DNA of 64,000 nt from contig JACPTB010000006.1 of the NCBI GenBank assembly GCA_016192995.1, positions 5,687-69,686 of the forward strand, read 5' to 3'. Under the pieces are notes generated by a model. It searched no databases, was not told where the DNA came from, and saw nothing but the letters and a program-made list of their open reading frames with translations. Source of the DNA: Candidatus Woesearchaeota archaeon. Lineage in GTDB: Archaea > Nanobdellota > Nanobdellia > Woesearchaeales > DSVV01. Positions 1 through 9,797 of the stretch are shown in pieces; positions within the stretch are counted from its first letter, which is position 1, and each line of letters begins with the position of its first letter. Position numbers and translations under genes: made by a program.

Positions 1-10
1 AAAGCGAGAA

Positions 11-18
11 TTTTATAA
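11..18 (+). promoter_or_regulatory. TATA-box-like element upstream of aglB paralogue 1
   Basis: TTTTATAA ends 23 nt before the ATG at 41. The same spacing recurs before many genes in the window. Confidence 0.5.
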
Positions 19-40
19 GGAAGTAATTATCCACAAATTT

Positions 41-3000
41 ATGTTCGAAGATACGTCAAAACTAAACTCATTGTCTAAATATTCATATCTTTTAATTTTA
101 TTAATACTGATAATGATAAGTGTCTTTCTTAGAATATTACCAACGTTCTTTTTAGGTGAAGAAGAGAAAGCTGAACAATATATTCATCTTCAGTTAAAAG
201 AGAAGATAACTCAACAAGTTAAGCTCCAATATCCACAACTCTCTCGTGAAAAGCAAAGTGCCTTCGTTGAACGAGAGGTACGTAATTATCTCAGGGATAA
301 TGCTGAAAAAATAAAGCAGTTGGTTAAAACTCAAGCTTTAGTAAACAAAGCAAAATTTCAAGATCCTTCTGGTCAAACATATCTGTTTGCAATAGATCCA
401 TGGCATTGGTATAGATTGGTTAAGAACTATCTTGATCATGGTTATGAAGGCGATGTAGAGAAAAAGGGGAGATATTATGATACCTATATCTATGCAAATC
501 TTCCTGATTTTTTCCGACCATCAGGCACAAGTAAAGTTAATAGTTTTCATGTATTCATAACAAGTATATTGTATAAAATAATTCACCTTTTGAATAAGGA
601 TATAAGTTTACTAGCGGTTTTATTTTATCTGTCGGTGTTCTTTAGTGCGCTTGCAGTAGTGCCTGCATTTTTCATAGGAAGAAAGTTTGGAGGCGCAATA
701 GGTGGTTTCTTCGCCGGTTTAATAGTAGCATTTCATAAAATAATATTACATAGAACCATGGTTGGTCTTTACGACACTGATGCTTATACAATATTATTTC
801 CTTTGATAATAATCTGGTTTTTTATTGAAGCATACCAGGGCTCTTTGACGAAGAGATTATTATTGATCCTAGCATCTGGTTTCTTAATGGGCGTTTATAG
901 TTTTGCATGGATTGGTTGGTGGTATACATTCTATCTAGTATTTTTTGGATTTATGTTAATTATGGTCTATAAATATATGAACAGTATAAAGCTAAAATTA
1001 ACACAATTCAGGGAATTTTTAAACGTCAGTGATATCTTTGGTGATATCTTTACTGGTTTTAAAAAAATTAAATTTGAAATGCTGTTGTCGCTAGTTTTTA
1101 TAAGCTCTTCAGCATTATTTGTTTTTCTTTTCAAAGGTTTTGAAGGATTAAAAGCAGGATTTCTTGGACCATTTGGTTTTTTGACTATCAAAGAGATATC
1201 TGCAGAAAACCTCTGGCCAAATATATTTTCAACAGTAGATGAATTTCAAACCGTAAATCTCATCGAGTTAATTAATGGCATTGATGGCCAGCTCTTTTTT
1301 TTCTTAGCTCTGGTTGGTTTTTTATTATTAAGTTATAATATTAAAAACATTAAAAGTATAACTTTGCTCGGAGGTTTAGGGTGGATAATGTTTTGGATGT
1401 TTGCGATTAAATATATTCTTAAAAAAGGTTTAGCTAATCTTTTTTTTATAATCCCCCTAGTGATTCTTTTATACGTTATGTATAAAAAAGAATATTTAAA
1501 AGAAGAGCATGATCCTCATTATAACCCCTATTTGAATGATTTTATACTGTTATGGCTCATGTTATATTTAGGGGTCGTCATCTTTTTAACCTATCTTTTT
1601 ACAAATATTATTTTCTTTTTAGCATTATTAGGACTTCCGTTTATATATATCTATCTCGTGAAAATAATTAAGGAAAGCGGTAGTGACTATGAAACTACCT
1701 TTGAGCCCTGTTTTGCCATGTTTTTTTTGTTATGGTTATTTATTACTATGTATTCAAGTACGCTTGGAAATCGGTTTGTTTTATTAGTTATTCCTCCTTT
1801 TGCATATGGATTCAGTTTTTGTATCAGCTATCTTATAGAAATGATTACACCAGCACTTAGTTCAGCGCTCTATCTCACAAAAACAGTAGTCAAAATCATA
1901 ATGGTCATATTTTTTATTGCTCTTTTGACGCCACCTCTGATAAGTGCTTACACCCTGGTAAAATCTGCCACACCTGCGGTTACAGATACATGGTATGATA
2001 GTCTTACCTATATCAAAGAGAACTCGGCAAAAAATGCAGTTATTATTTCATGGTGGGATTTTGGGCATTGGTTTAAAGCAATCGCTGATAGGCCAGTGGC
2101 TATAGATGGTGGTACACAAAGTGCTCAGCAAATTGTGTACATTGGAAAACTTTTGTTGACTTCAGATGAAAAAGAAAGCGCAGCCATTTTACGAGTATTA
2201 AGTTGCGCTTCATATGGAGCTTTTGAAACAATGAAAATCTTTTTCAAGTACGATGAAATCAAAACTCGTGATGTTCTGGAACAAATAATGATGCTGCCTA
2301 AGGATCAGGCGACAGAAGTTCTTAAAACAGAAGGATTCGCCCAAGACAAAGTAGAACAGATCTTGGACTATACTCATTGTAAGCCGCCGCAAACTTTTCT
2401 TATCCTTAGTTATGACATGATATTTAAGACGTTTGTTTGGGCTCAAGTAGGTTCATGGGATATAAAACGTGCGCAAATATTACAATATGCTAACAAAAAC
2501 AAACAAACTGAAGCAATAGCTTTTATGGAAACAAGCATGAATATGACTGAAGAGCAGGCGCAAACATCCTATGCAGAACTAAAAAAAATAAAAAATGCTG
2601 AAGAAAAAAATAAATGGGTCTCGCCGCAACTAAGATATCATGGCGTTGATACTTACTGTGAGAAAAAGAATGAAGCTGTTGTTTGTAAAAATAAAATTAT
2701 ACTTAACCTAACAACAGGAGAAGTCTATATTCAAGACGGTGATAAAAAATTCTATGCTTCCTATGCATCATATCTCAATCAAAATAATTCTGAATTTACC
2801 ATATTTAAATCCCAAGTAAATGATACAGATCTCAAACTTAACAAACTTAATGCAAGTGAATCTGGCATATCAATTTTCAAAGGAGCTGATAACAAGTATT
2901 CTCTCGCAGTTATGGACAATCAATTAGTAGGGAGCATGTTCAATAGGTTGTATTTCTACAATGGTACAGGATTAAAATGCTTTAAATTATTTCATGAAGC

Positions 3001-3064
3001 TCAAATACCTGCGAGTAACGAGAAACTCTCAATATGGGAAGTTAACTGGAGCTGTTTGGAATAA
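41..3064 (+). CDS. aglB: Oligosaccharyltransferase AglB/STT3, paralogue 1 (full length)
   Basis: 1007-aa ORF that is multi-TM. Motifs seen: EL1 DPWHWY, second acidic motif GLYDTDAY, TVDEF (TIXE-like), and a C-terminal domain with the WWDYG-type motif ISWWDFGHWF. Confidence 0.9.
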   Translation: MFEDTSKLNSLSKYSYLLILLILIMISVFLRILPTFFLGEEEKAEQYIHLQLKEKITQQVKLQYPQLSREKQSAFVEREVRNYLRDNAEKIKQLVKTQALVNKAKFQDPSGQTYLFAIDPWHWYRLVKNYLDHGYEGDVEKKGRYYDTYIYANLPDFFRPSGTSKVNSFHVFITSILYKIIHLLNKDISLLAVLFYLSVFFSALAVVPAFFIGRKFGGAIGGFFAGLIVAFHKIILHRTMVGLYDTDAYTILFPLIIIWFFIEAYQGSLTKRLLLILASGFLMGVYSFAWIGWWYTFYLVFFGFMLIMVYKYMNSIKLKLTQFREFLNVSDIFGDIFTGFKKIKFEMLLSLVFISSSALFVFLFKGFEGLKAGFLGPFGFLTIKEISAENLWPNIFSTVDEFQTVNLIELINGIDGQLFFFLALVGFLLLSYNIKNIKSITLLGGLGWIMFWMFAIKYILKKGLANLFFIIPLVILLYVMYKKEYLKEEHDPHYNPYLNDFILLWLMLYLGVVIFLTYLFTNIIFFLALLGLPFIYIYLVKIIKESGSDYETTFEPCFAMFFLLWLFITMYSSTLGNRFVLLVIPPFAYGFSFCISYLIEMITPALSSALYLTKTVVKIIMVIFFIALLTPPLISAYTLVKSATPAVTDTWYDSLTYIKENSAKNAVIISWWDFGHWFKAIADRPVAIDGGTQSAQQIVYIGKLLLTSDEKESAAILRVLSCASYGAFETMKIFFKYDEIKTRDVLEQIMMLPKDQATEVLKTEGFAQDKVEQILDYTHCKPPQTFLILSYDMIFKTFVWAQVGSWDIKRAQILQYANKNKQTEAIAFMETSMNMTEEQAQTSYAELKKIKNAEEKNKWVSPQLRYHGVDTYCEKKNEAVVCKNKIILNLTTGEVYIQDGDKKFYASYASYLNQNNSEFTIFKSQVNDTDLKLNKLNASESGISIFKGADNKYSLAVMDNQLVGSMFNRLYFYNGTGLKCFKLFHEAQIPASNEKLSIWEVNWSCLE

Positions 3065-3073
3065 AACAAAAAA

Positions 3074-3232
3074 AGAACTTTGCAAAATTATGGTTACTGC
3101 CAATTTTGTGAGCATTTTCGAAATACTTATCGAGCAATTTTCGGAGTTCCAGAGAGAAAATTGCTTTGTTAAACAGAGATCTAAATGCGAACTGGCAGTA
3201 ACCCGAGCTATGCGAGTATTTTGCAAAGTTCT
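3074..3232 (+). mobile_element. Palindromic MITE-like element, copy A (AGAACTTTGCAAAAT termini)
   Basis: Outer stem is AGAACTTTGCAAAAT / ATTTTGCAAAGTTCT. Second stem is GGTTACTGCCA / TGGCAGTAACC. Apical hairpin GCAATTTTC-GGAGTTCCAGAGA-GAAAATTGC lies at 3134-3164. It fills the whole convergent gap between aglB and the tri-domain gene. No TSD was seen. Confidence 0.75.
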
Positions 3233-3240
3233 CTGAAGAA

Positions 3241-6200
3241 TTATTGCATTCCAAGATGTTCCAAAGCAATCAATGCATCCTTCTTGACTGCGGTTGTAAG
3301 CTTTTTTCCAAGTAATTCTTGTATCTTTCTTGGATCAGTAATGCCTTTAAAATCTGCTCTTTTCATATCAATATCTTGTTCTGTCAAAATATGCCCGGCA
3401 GATAAATCATTAGTATAAATCAAGCTTTTTTGCGCCACTTTTTTCACATCTAACTCACTTTGATGAAATGTTTTTCGATAGTTGCCAGGAGCAACTTCTG
3501 CTTGTCTTTTCTCTTCTGGAGTGATGAGGAGTTGGGCAAGTTTTTCAGGTGTTTGGTGCAAGATTTTTGCGCCTTGTAAAATTCTTCGTAATTCGTCTGG
3601 TTCAGCAGAAAATCTATGGTCGGGTCCTTTGTCAAATTTATTTAAGGTAAAATGTTTCTCTATAACTGAAGCTCCCAAAGTCACAGCTTTTAAAGGTACA
3701 GCTACACCAGGAGTATGATCTGAAAAACCAGTTGGTATATGATAGGTATCATGAAGATATTTCATCGCATTAAGATTTACCATTTCTGCGGTTGTAGGAT
3801 AAGCACTGACACAGTGAAGGAGAATTAATTGTTTATTTCCCGCAGCATAAATTGATTCAACAGCTCCATGGATTTCTAGATCATTCGAATACCCAGTTGA
3901 TAAGATAATTGGTTTTCCTTTCCTTGCGACATAGGACAAAAAAGGATAGTTGGTTAGATCATCAGATCCAATCTTATAAGCATCAACGCCAATTCTTTCA
4001 AGGATTTCAACGCTTTCCTTATCTCCTCCTGGCGTAGAAATAAAGATAAGCCCTTTTGCTTCAGCATATGCTTTGAGTTCAACAAAATCTTTTTCAGTTA
4101 ATTCATACCTCTTAAACATATCATATTGTTTTTCAGTAATTTTTGTTCCATCGGCTAGTTCATAGCTATATTCAAGATTTTTATCAGAAATAAATGCTTC
4201 TGTTTTAAATGTTTGAAATTTAATGCACTCGGCTCCTAAAGCAGCTGCAGTATCAATCATTTTTTTTGCTTGCTGAACGCTTCCATTATGGTTTAAGGTT
4301 GTTTCAGGTATAATAAAACATGGTTCGCCTGGTCCAATTCTTCTTTTACCGATATAAATATGCTGTGGCATAATATCACCTTCTTTAGTCCTTGACATTT
4401 TTTCTAGTTCACTGATAACTTCTTTGATGCATGCTACTACTTGTCTAACATCTTTAACGTCCATAGTTGGAAATAAAGGCAGTGTTATAATTCGAGCAAA
4501 GATGTCTTCAGTATGAGGATAATTAAGGGGATTAACAAGTTCAGTGCTGTAAAATTTTTCTTTATAATACGTGAAGTGATAGATGGGCGTATAATGGACA
4601 TTGACCCCTATATTTCTCTCGCGCATTTTTTTGAAAAAAAGATCTCGATCTAAAAAAGGATATTTTCTAGTATTAAGAAATATGGTAAATAGATGCCATG
4701 CATGTTTGATAGTATCGGAATAGTTGGGTGTATTTATTTGAGGCACATCTTTGAAAAGTTGTTGATATTCATGTGCTAACTCAGTCCTCTTTTTAATAAA
4801 TAATTCTAATTTATTAAGTTGTGAAATTCCCAATGCTGCCTGAAAATCAGTAATGCGATAATTTCTTCCTAAAGCAACATGGTCGTACTGCCAGGAAGAA
4901 TCTTTACTGCATCGTTCGCGTGTCTCTTTAGTAATACCATGATTTCTCAGAATTTTTAATTGTTTATGCCATTGTTCATTGTTAGTGGTTATAGCGCCGC
5001 CTTCACCAGTAGTAATATGTTTAACAGGGTGAAAGCTGAATATCGTCAAATCAGCAGCGGTTCCTACGTTTCTCTTTCCTAAGTTGTCGTAAGATGCGCC
5101 CAAAGCATGTGCAGCATCTTCAACTAAATAAAGATTATATTTTCGCGCAATTTCTTTGAGCTGATCAAAAGCAGCAGGATAACCTGCAAAATCAACATAG
5201 AGTATGGCTTTTGTGTTTGGAGTTATTTTCGCTTCAATTTTATTGACGTCAATAGTTAATGTTTCTGGAGAGATGTCTACAAATACAGGTTTGCATTTGT
5301 TATAAATAATGCTATTTGCTGTTGCAACAAAAGTAAAGGGCGTTGTTATAATCTCAGAATCTTCAGGCAAATCAAGAGCTTGGAGGGCTAATTCAAGCGC
5401 AGCTGTTCCAGAATTAACAGCTACTGCATAAGTACATCCAATAGTAGAACACAACGCTTTTTCGAATTCCTCAATTTTTGGTCCAGTTGTTATCCATGAT
5501 GATCGTAAAACTTCAGTAACTGCTGTTATGTCATCTTCTTCAATACAATGACGACCATAGGGTAAGAGTGAGGTAAATCGAGTGTAAGAAGAGGAAGGGC
5601 TCTTTTGATTTCTATCGTTTATATTTAATTCCATACAACTTTGATCTTTAATCCATGCTTCAGTTTTTTTAATACCATCTGTTAATGATGTTTTTGGTTC
5701 CCAATTAAGAAGAGTATGTGCTTTGGTATAGTTGCAAACAAGTTTCATGATTTCAGCTTGGGGGTGATGATGAGGAATATGTTTTATTTTTGATGGAACT
5801 GGTTCAATGGAAGCTGCAAGTTCATTAATCCTTATATCCTTGCCAGTACCTGCGTTTAATATTTGTCCAACAGCTTTTTGTGAAAAAGCAGCTTTTACAA
5901 TAAACTCAGCACAGTCTTCAACATAGAGTAAATCCCTTGTTTGTTCGCCGCTGCCAAAAATATTAAGGTCATGTCCTCGGACATGACTGCTAATAAAAAT
6001 GCTTACAACTCCTCCTTCAAGATTTGTTTTTTGAAATGGACCATAGGTATTGAATGGTCGTAAAATAACAACGGGCAATCCTAATCCATAATAATAAGAT
6101 AATGCTAGTTGTTCTCCTGCTAATTTAGTTCCTGCATATGGCGAGGCAGGTTTTACAGGATGTTCCTCAGTAATGCCTTTACCTATCTCTTCAGGAGCAA

Positions 6201-6597
6201 CAGTGTCATACACCATGCAGGTGCTGATAAAAACAAACGTAGTTTTTTGTTTCATGCAACCTTCTAATAAATTATACGTTCCAAGGATATTGCTATTAAA
6301 ACTCTTTTTGGTGTTATCCAAACTATTTTGCACTTCTATTTGCGCAGCTAAATGAATGCAAACATCAAAATTATTTTCGAATAATTTTGATGTTTGTTTA
6401 TAATCAACAATATCTCCTTGAATTAAACCTTTGAAAAGGGAGTGATTATTAAATTCAGCGAGGTTTTCAGCAGAGCTATTGCTCAGATTATCAATAACCC
6501 AAACAGTATGATTTTCTTGAAGCAGCTTTTTAACTACAGCTCTTCCAATAAATCCAGCTCCGCCAGTTACAAGCACATTCATATACTGAAGGAACAA
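3241..6597 (-). CDS. Tri-domain fusion: extended SDR epimerase/dehydratase + DegT/PseC-type PLP aminotransferase + NeuB/PseI/LegI-type nonulosonate synthase with SAF domain
   Basis: Uninterrupted 1118-aa ORF. Residues ~6-330 carry GGAGFIG and YAGTK. Residues ~345-735 carry LPYGRHCIEEDD and SFHPVKHITTGEGG. Residues ~750-1118 carry KFQTFK, GFSDHTPG and EKHFTL..GPDH, with a SAF-like C-terminus. An alternative start (M6) lies at 6582. Confidence 0.85.
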   Translation of the reverse strand: MFLQYMNVLVTGGAGFIGRAVVKKLLQENHTVWVIDNLSNSSAENLAEFNNHSLFKGLIQGDIVDYKQTSKLFENNFDVCIHLAAQIEVQNSLDNTKKSFNSNILGTYNLLEGCMKQKTTFVFISTCMVYDTVAPEEIGKGITEEHPVKPASPYAGTKLAGEQLALSYYYGLGLPVVILRPFNTYGPFQKTNLEGGVVSIFISSHVRGHDLNIFGSGEQTRDLLYVEDCAEFIVKAAFSQKAVGQILNAGTGKDIRINELAASIEPVPSKIKHIPHHHPQAEIMKLVCNYTKAHTLLNWEPKTSLTDGIKKTEAWIKDQSCMELNINDRNQKSPSSSYTRFTSLLPYGRHCIEEDDITAVTEVLRSSWITTGPKIEEFEKALCSTIGCTYAVAVNSGTAALELALQALDLPEDSEIITTPFTFVATANSIIYNKCKPVFVDISPETLTIDVNKIEAKITPNTKAILYVDFAGYPAAFDQLKEIARKYNLYLVEDAAHALGASYDNLGKRNVGTAADLTIFSFHPVKHITTGEGGAITTNNEQWHKQLKILRNHGITKETRERCSKDSSWQYDHVALGRNYRITDFQAALGISQLNKLELFIKKRTELAHEYQQLFKDVPQINTPNYSDTIKHAWHLFTIFLNTRKYPFLDRDLFFKKMRERNIGVNVHYTPIYHFTYYKEKFYSTELVNPLNYPHTEDIFARIITLPLFPTMDVKDVRQVVACIKEVISELEKMSRTKEGDIMPQHIYIGKRRIGPGEPCFIIPETTLNHNGSVQQAKKMIDTAAALGAECIKFQTFKTEAFISDKNLEYSYELADGTKITEKQYDMFKRYELTEKDFVELKAYAEAKGLIFISTPGGDKESVEILERIGVDAYKIGSDDLTNYPFLSYVARKGKPIILSTGYSNDLEIHGAVESIYAAGNKQLILLHCVSAYPTTAEMVNLNAMKYLHDTYHIPTGFSDHTPGVAVPLKAVTLGASVIEKHFTLNKFDKGPDHRFSAEPDELRRILQGAKILHQTPEKLAQLLITPEEKRQAEVAPGNYRKTFHQSELDVKKVAQKSLIYTNDLSAGHILTEQDIDMKRADFKGITDPRKIQELLGKKLTTAVKKDALIALEHLGMQ

Positions 6598-6626
6598 GAA
6601 ACTATTCTTAAATCTTTCTTAATCAT

Positions 6627-6868
6627 GTACGTAATAAGTCTGGGGTTTTAGCGCCTACTTTTGTGAAGCTCCTCGATATCTTTATTAGGGATTTTTCGGG
6701 GTTCCTTGCCGATAGGCAAGTCTTATAATCCCAGACGCAAGCCAACTTATGAATCCTTGATTTATATTATTGAGGGAGTCGGGATTATATTTATAGAGAG
6801 AAAAATCCAATTGATGTACGCTTCCAAAGCTGAACCGGCGCTAAAACCATAGAGGACTTATTACGTAC
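6627..6868 (+). mobile_element. Palindromic MITE-like element, copy B (GTACGTAATAAGTCT termini) carrying a nested 89-nt insertion
   Basis: Termini, second stem GGTTTTAGCGCC/GGCGCTAAAACC and apical stem GGATTTTTC/GAAAAATCC match copies D, F and G. The conserved loop is split between ..GGTTCC and AGAGAG... It abuts the stop codon of the gene at 6869. Confidence 0.8.
6706..6794 (+). other. Structured 89-nt insert inside the apical loop of copy B
   Basis: Absent from D, F and G at the homologous position. It contains hairpin TTGCC-GATA-GGCAA and the imperfect stem ATAATCCCAGAC / GTCGGGATTAT. Confidence 0.65.
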
Positions 6869-7912
6869 TCAAGTAAGGTACTGTTCAAAATGAGATTCTG
6901 AAAGAAGCGTATCAATTTCAAGTTTAGTTAAAGGTATTTCATCAGCAGAATCGTATCCTTTAACATGGGCTTTTTTTAGGTTTAAAGAAGATGAAACTAG
7001 TTGTTGTTGAAACAAAACAATCTCAGGAGGTATAATAAACAGATCATCAAACTCATAAGCGCGCTCTGCTTCCTGCTCAGTCATGAGTTCTTCGCTCATA
7101 GTTTCTCCAGGTTTAAGCCCAATGATATTAATTTGAATCTTTTTCGGATCATAATGGTAATAATTTGCAAATTTTTCTACAAAAACCTCACCAAAATCTT
7201 TTATCTTAACAACAGGCATTTTAAACACAAAAATTTCACCGCCTTGCATAATACTTAAACATTTAAACAAAAGGGTAACTGCTTTTTCTGGCGACATAAA
7301 AAATCGCGTCATAGCTGGATCAGTAATAGTAAGAGGTCCGCCTTTTGCAAGCTGTTTTTTAAATAAAGGTCCTACTGATCCTCTGCTCCAGAGGATATTC
7401 CCAAACCTTACTGAGGAAAAAATAGTTTTTTTGCTGCCTTTGTAATGATTTGCAGCAATAATCAGGCGTTCAGCAAGAAGCTTTGTTGCACCCATAGTAT
7501 TATTAGGATTAACTGCTTTATCACTGCTGGTGTAAATAACCCTGCTAACACCTGTTTCAAGTGCAGTATTAATAACATTTTGTGTGCCAATAATATTTGT
7601 TTTAACAGCTTCAAAAGGATTGTATTCACAGGCTAAAACATGTTTTAATGCAGCGAGATGGAAGACCACATCAATATTTTCCATAGCAGTTTTTAATCGC
7701 TCTCTATCGCGGATATCACCTAATAAATACCTCAATTTATCACTGTTAAAATCCTGCTGCATCTCAAACTGTTCAGTTTCATCAATATCCAGAATTCGAA
7801 TTACTTTTGGATTAAATTGAAGGAGTTCTGTAATAAGAGGTCTTGCCAGTGATCCTGTGCCTCCGGTAATGAGTATGTTTTTATCTTGGACTAAATTATC
7901 AATAACAACCAC
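6869..7912 (-). CDS. UDP-N-acetylglucosamine 4,6-dehydratase, CapD/FlaA1/PseB-like
   Basis: 347 aa. Motifs seen: NILITGGTGS, LGDIRDRERL, HLAALKHV..EYNP, SSDKAVNPNNTMGATK, VRFGNILWSRGSV and MTRFFMS. Confidence 0.85.
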   Translation of the reverse strand: MVVIDNLVQDKNILITGGTGSLARPLITELLQFNPKVIRILDIDETEQFEMQQDFNSDKLRYLLGDIRDRERLKTAMENIDVVFHLAALKHVLACEYNPFEAVKTNIIGTQNVINTALETGVSRVIYTSSDKAVNPNNTMGATKLLAERLIIAANHYKGSKKTIFSSVRFGNILWSRGSVGPLFKKQLAKGGPLTITDPAMTRFFMSPEKAVTLLFKCLSIMQGGEIFVFKMPVVKIKDFGEVFVEKFANYYHYDPKKIQINIIGLKPGETMSEELMTEQEAERAYEFDDLFIIPPEIVLFQQQLVSSSLNLKKAHVKGYDSADEIPLTKLEIDTLLSESHFEQYLT

Positions 7913-7982
7913 CTTTTGTAATTAACTTTTCACAACTAAACAATGGGAACTATCTGTTTATTTATAAAGGTTCTCAACAAGT

Positions 7983-8146
7983 GGCGATATTGAAAAGCTT
8001 ATGTTGCCATCAATATCGCGAAGCTTATCACCTAAAAATATTGAGTACTTTTCGGAGTGCCAGAGAGAAAAGTACTATCTATAAACTACGCCAAAGCTGA
8101 GCCGATGGCAACCTTTGCTTTGCAAAGAGAGCTTTTCAATATCGCC
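7983..8146 (+). mobile_element. Palindromic MITE-like element, copy C (GGCGATATTGAAAAGCT termini)
   Basis: Outer stem is GGCGATATTGAAAAGCT / AGCTTTTCAATATCGCC. Second stem is GTTGCCATC / GATGGCAAC. Apical hairpin is GTACTTTTC-GGAGTGCCAGAGA-GAAAAGTAC. A perfect 8-bp direct repeat CAACAAGT flanks it at 7975-7982 and 8147-8154. Confidence 0.85.
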
Positions 8147-9797
8147 CAACAAGTTGAAGAACTCTATCAGCAACTTTTCCATCAATCTTATATACTTGTT
8201 TTTTAAGGAATTCTTGGGTATTTTTCTTAAGTTCTTGCTGGATATCTTTGCCATATAAAATGGCAAAGATATTCCGAGTAAGATTCTGTTTTTTTTCAGT
8301 AACCACTACAGCATTGCTGGCAATGTATCCTTGATCACGAATGTTTGAAGAAAAACAAATTAATACTACGGGTACACCAAACATAATTGCTTCTAAAACA
8401 ATAGTAGAGCTTTCTGCAATAAGGGCGTCAGTGATCGCAAAGAGTTCGTAGATAGGGGTATCTTTAATAAAAATAACATCATCTAAATTTTGTTGATGAG
8501 CAAGCTTTCGATACCATGCTTCATGAGGATCTCGCGGATGTAATTTTACTACCAACCTAAGTTGCTTTTTATCTTGATTTTGTGTTTGCGCTACAGCAGC
8601 AACACTTTTAAAGAGTTCCGTTGCAAGATCATAAGTTTTCCATGGTTCTTTATCAATGCTTGTTGCATAAACAACAACTTTTTCTTCAGGATTGATGCCT
8701 AAACGCTGTTTAAGTTCCTGACTTTTATTTTTCTTTTGCATGCTGTTTTTTATAATAACAAGGTTATCACTTGCTAATTGTCCAACGATATGAATCTTCT
8801 CTTGAGGAAAAGAGCCTTGTTTTACAAGAAACTGTTTGGTATGTTCACCATAAACTGCAATAAGATCAGCAAGTGGATAATGATCAGCAATATCTTTTTG
8901 GGTATGAACATAATCCAGATCGTATCCTATCAGTCCTTCTTGAATTTCAAGGACAGGAATACCTAACCTTTTTGCAGCAACAATCACAGACTTTCCTGGT
9001 GTTGTATTCCCTGACATGGTGACAACAATTTTTGGTTTTGTTGCTTTGAGCATTTCTTTGCTTAACAGAATATACGTGATTGCTTCAGGTAAAATTTTAG
9101 AAAACATAAGTTGAAATTTCTTATATAACGAGGTGTACAAATCAAGCTCTTTTCCCTTAAATCTTGTTTGGAGCGCTTTCTTAAACTCAGGGCTTGTTAA
9201 GATTTTTTTTCCAAGAGCGGCATATTTCTTTTTCTCTTGAGAAACTTTTCTCATTATTTCTATTGAATAAAATTTTTCAATAGGATTAGTATCAGAATAC
9301 ATTGAAGTTTGCAGTTTTGTTTTTCCTCCCCATGAAGCTAAATCGTCGTAATAAAAAACAAAGAGTTTTTTATGCTGCTGACGAATTTTTTCAATAAGCG
9401 GTCCGATTCTTATGTTATTGGCTGCTACACAGTATGAGGGATGTGTTGTAACAACAATAGTATCCTCTTGATTATTAAGGTCAAGAGAATGTTGAGGAAT
9501 AATATATTTTCTTACAACAAACCGGGCTTGTTCAAGATGGTTAAGCAGAAAAGTATAGAGTAGTGAGAAAATATTCTTTTCTGGCAAAGGTTCTCCTTTG
9601 AAAATACCTTTCAATGAAGGATAATGGTAAAAAGAAGCATCTGCTAACCATCGTTCAGCAAACCACCATAGTGATGTTTGTTCATATGTTAATAATTGTT
9701 TTATATTTTTACCGTCAAGGATAGTTTTATCTGCAAACTCTTTTAAAAAAATCATTTCAGGATAATCTTGATTAATAGTGGTGTTATTTTTTTCCAT
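8136..9797 (-). CDS. GT-B-fold protein of uncertain function (TagF / epimerase_2 / PseG-like C-terminal half)
   Basis: 553 aa. The C-terminal pattern is KLHPRDP ... ESSTIVLEAIMFGVPVV. It lies next to nonulosonate genes. Its last 3 codons plus the stop are encoded by element C. Confidence 0.4.
   Translation of the reverse strand: MEKNNTTINQDYPEMIFLKEFADKTILDGKNIKQLLTYEQTSLWWFAERWLADASFYHYPSLKGIFKGEPLPEKNIFSLLYTFLLNHLEQARFVVRKYIIPQHSLDLNNQEDTIVVTTHPSYCVAANNIRIGPLIEKIRQQHKKLFVFYYDDLASWGGKTKLQTSMYSDTNPIEKFYSIEIMRKVSQEKKKYAALGKKILTSPEFKKALQTRFKGKELDLYTSLYKKFQLMFSKILPEAITYILLSKEMLKATKPKIVVTMSGNTTPGKSVIVAAKRLGIPVLEIQEGLIGYDLDYVHTQKDIADHYPLADLIAVYGEHTKQFLVKQGSFPQEKIHIVGQLASDNLVIIKNSMQKKNKSQELKQRLGINPEEKVVVYATSIDKEPWKTYDLATELFKSVAAVAQTQNQDKKQLRLVVKLHPRDPHEAWYRKLAHQQNLDDVIFIKDTPIYELFAITDALIAESSTIVLEAIMFGVPVVLICFSSNIRDQGYIASNAVVVTEKKQNLTRNIFAILYGKDIQQELKKNTQEFLKKQVYKIDGKVADRVLQLVGRY

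Noticed and set aside
2994-3269. The ORFs 2994-3236(+), 3029-3226(-), 3042-3269(-), and likewise 19922-20161(-), 8075-8266(-), 27767-27955(-), 27895-28101(-) and 34015-34212(-)
   Set aside because: All of them are read-throughs of palindromic elements or hairpins in intergenic gaps. They have no start context and overlap better-supported features.
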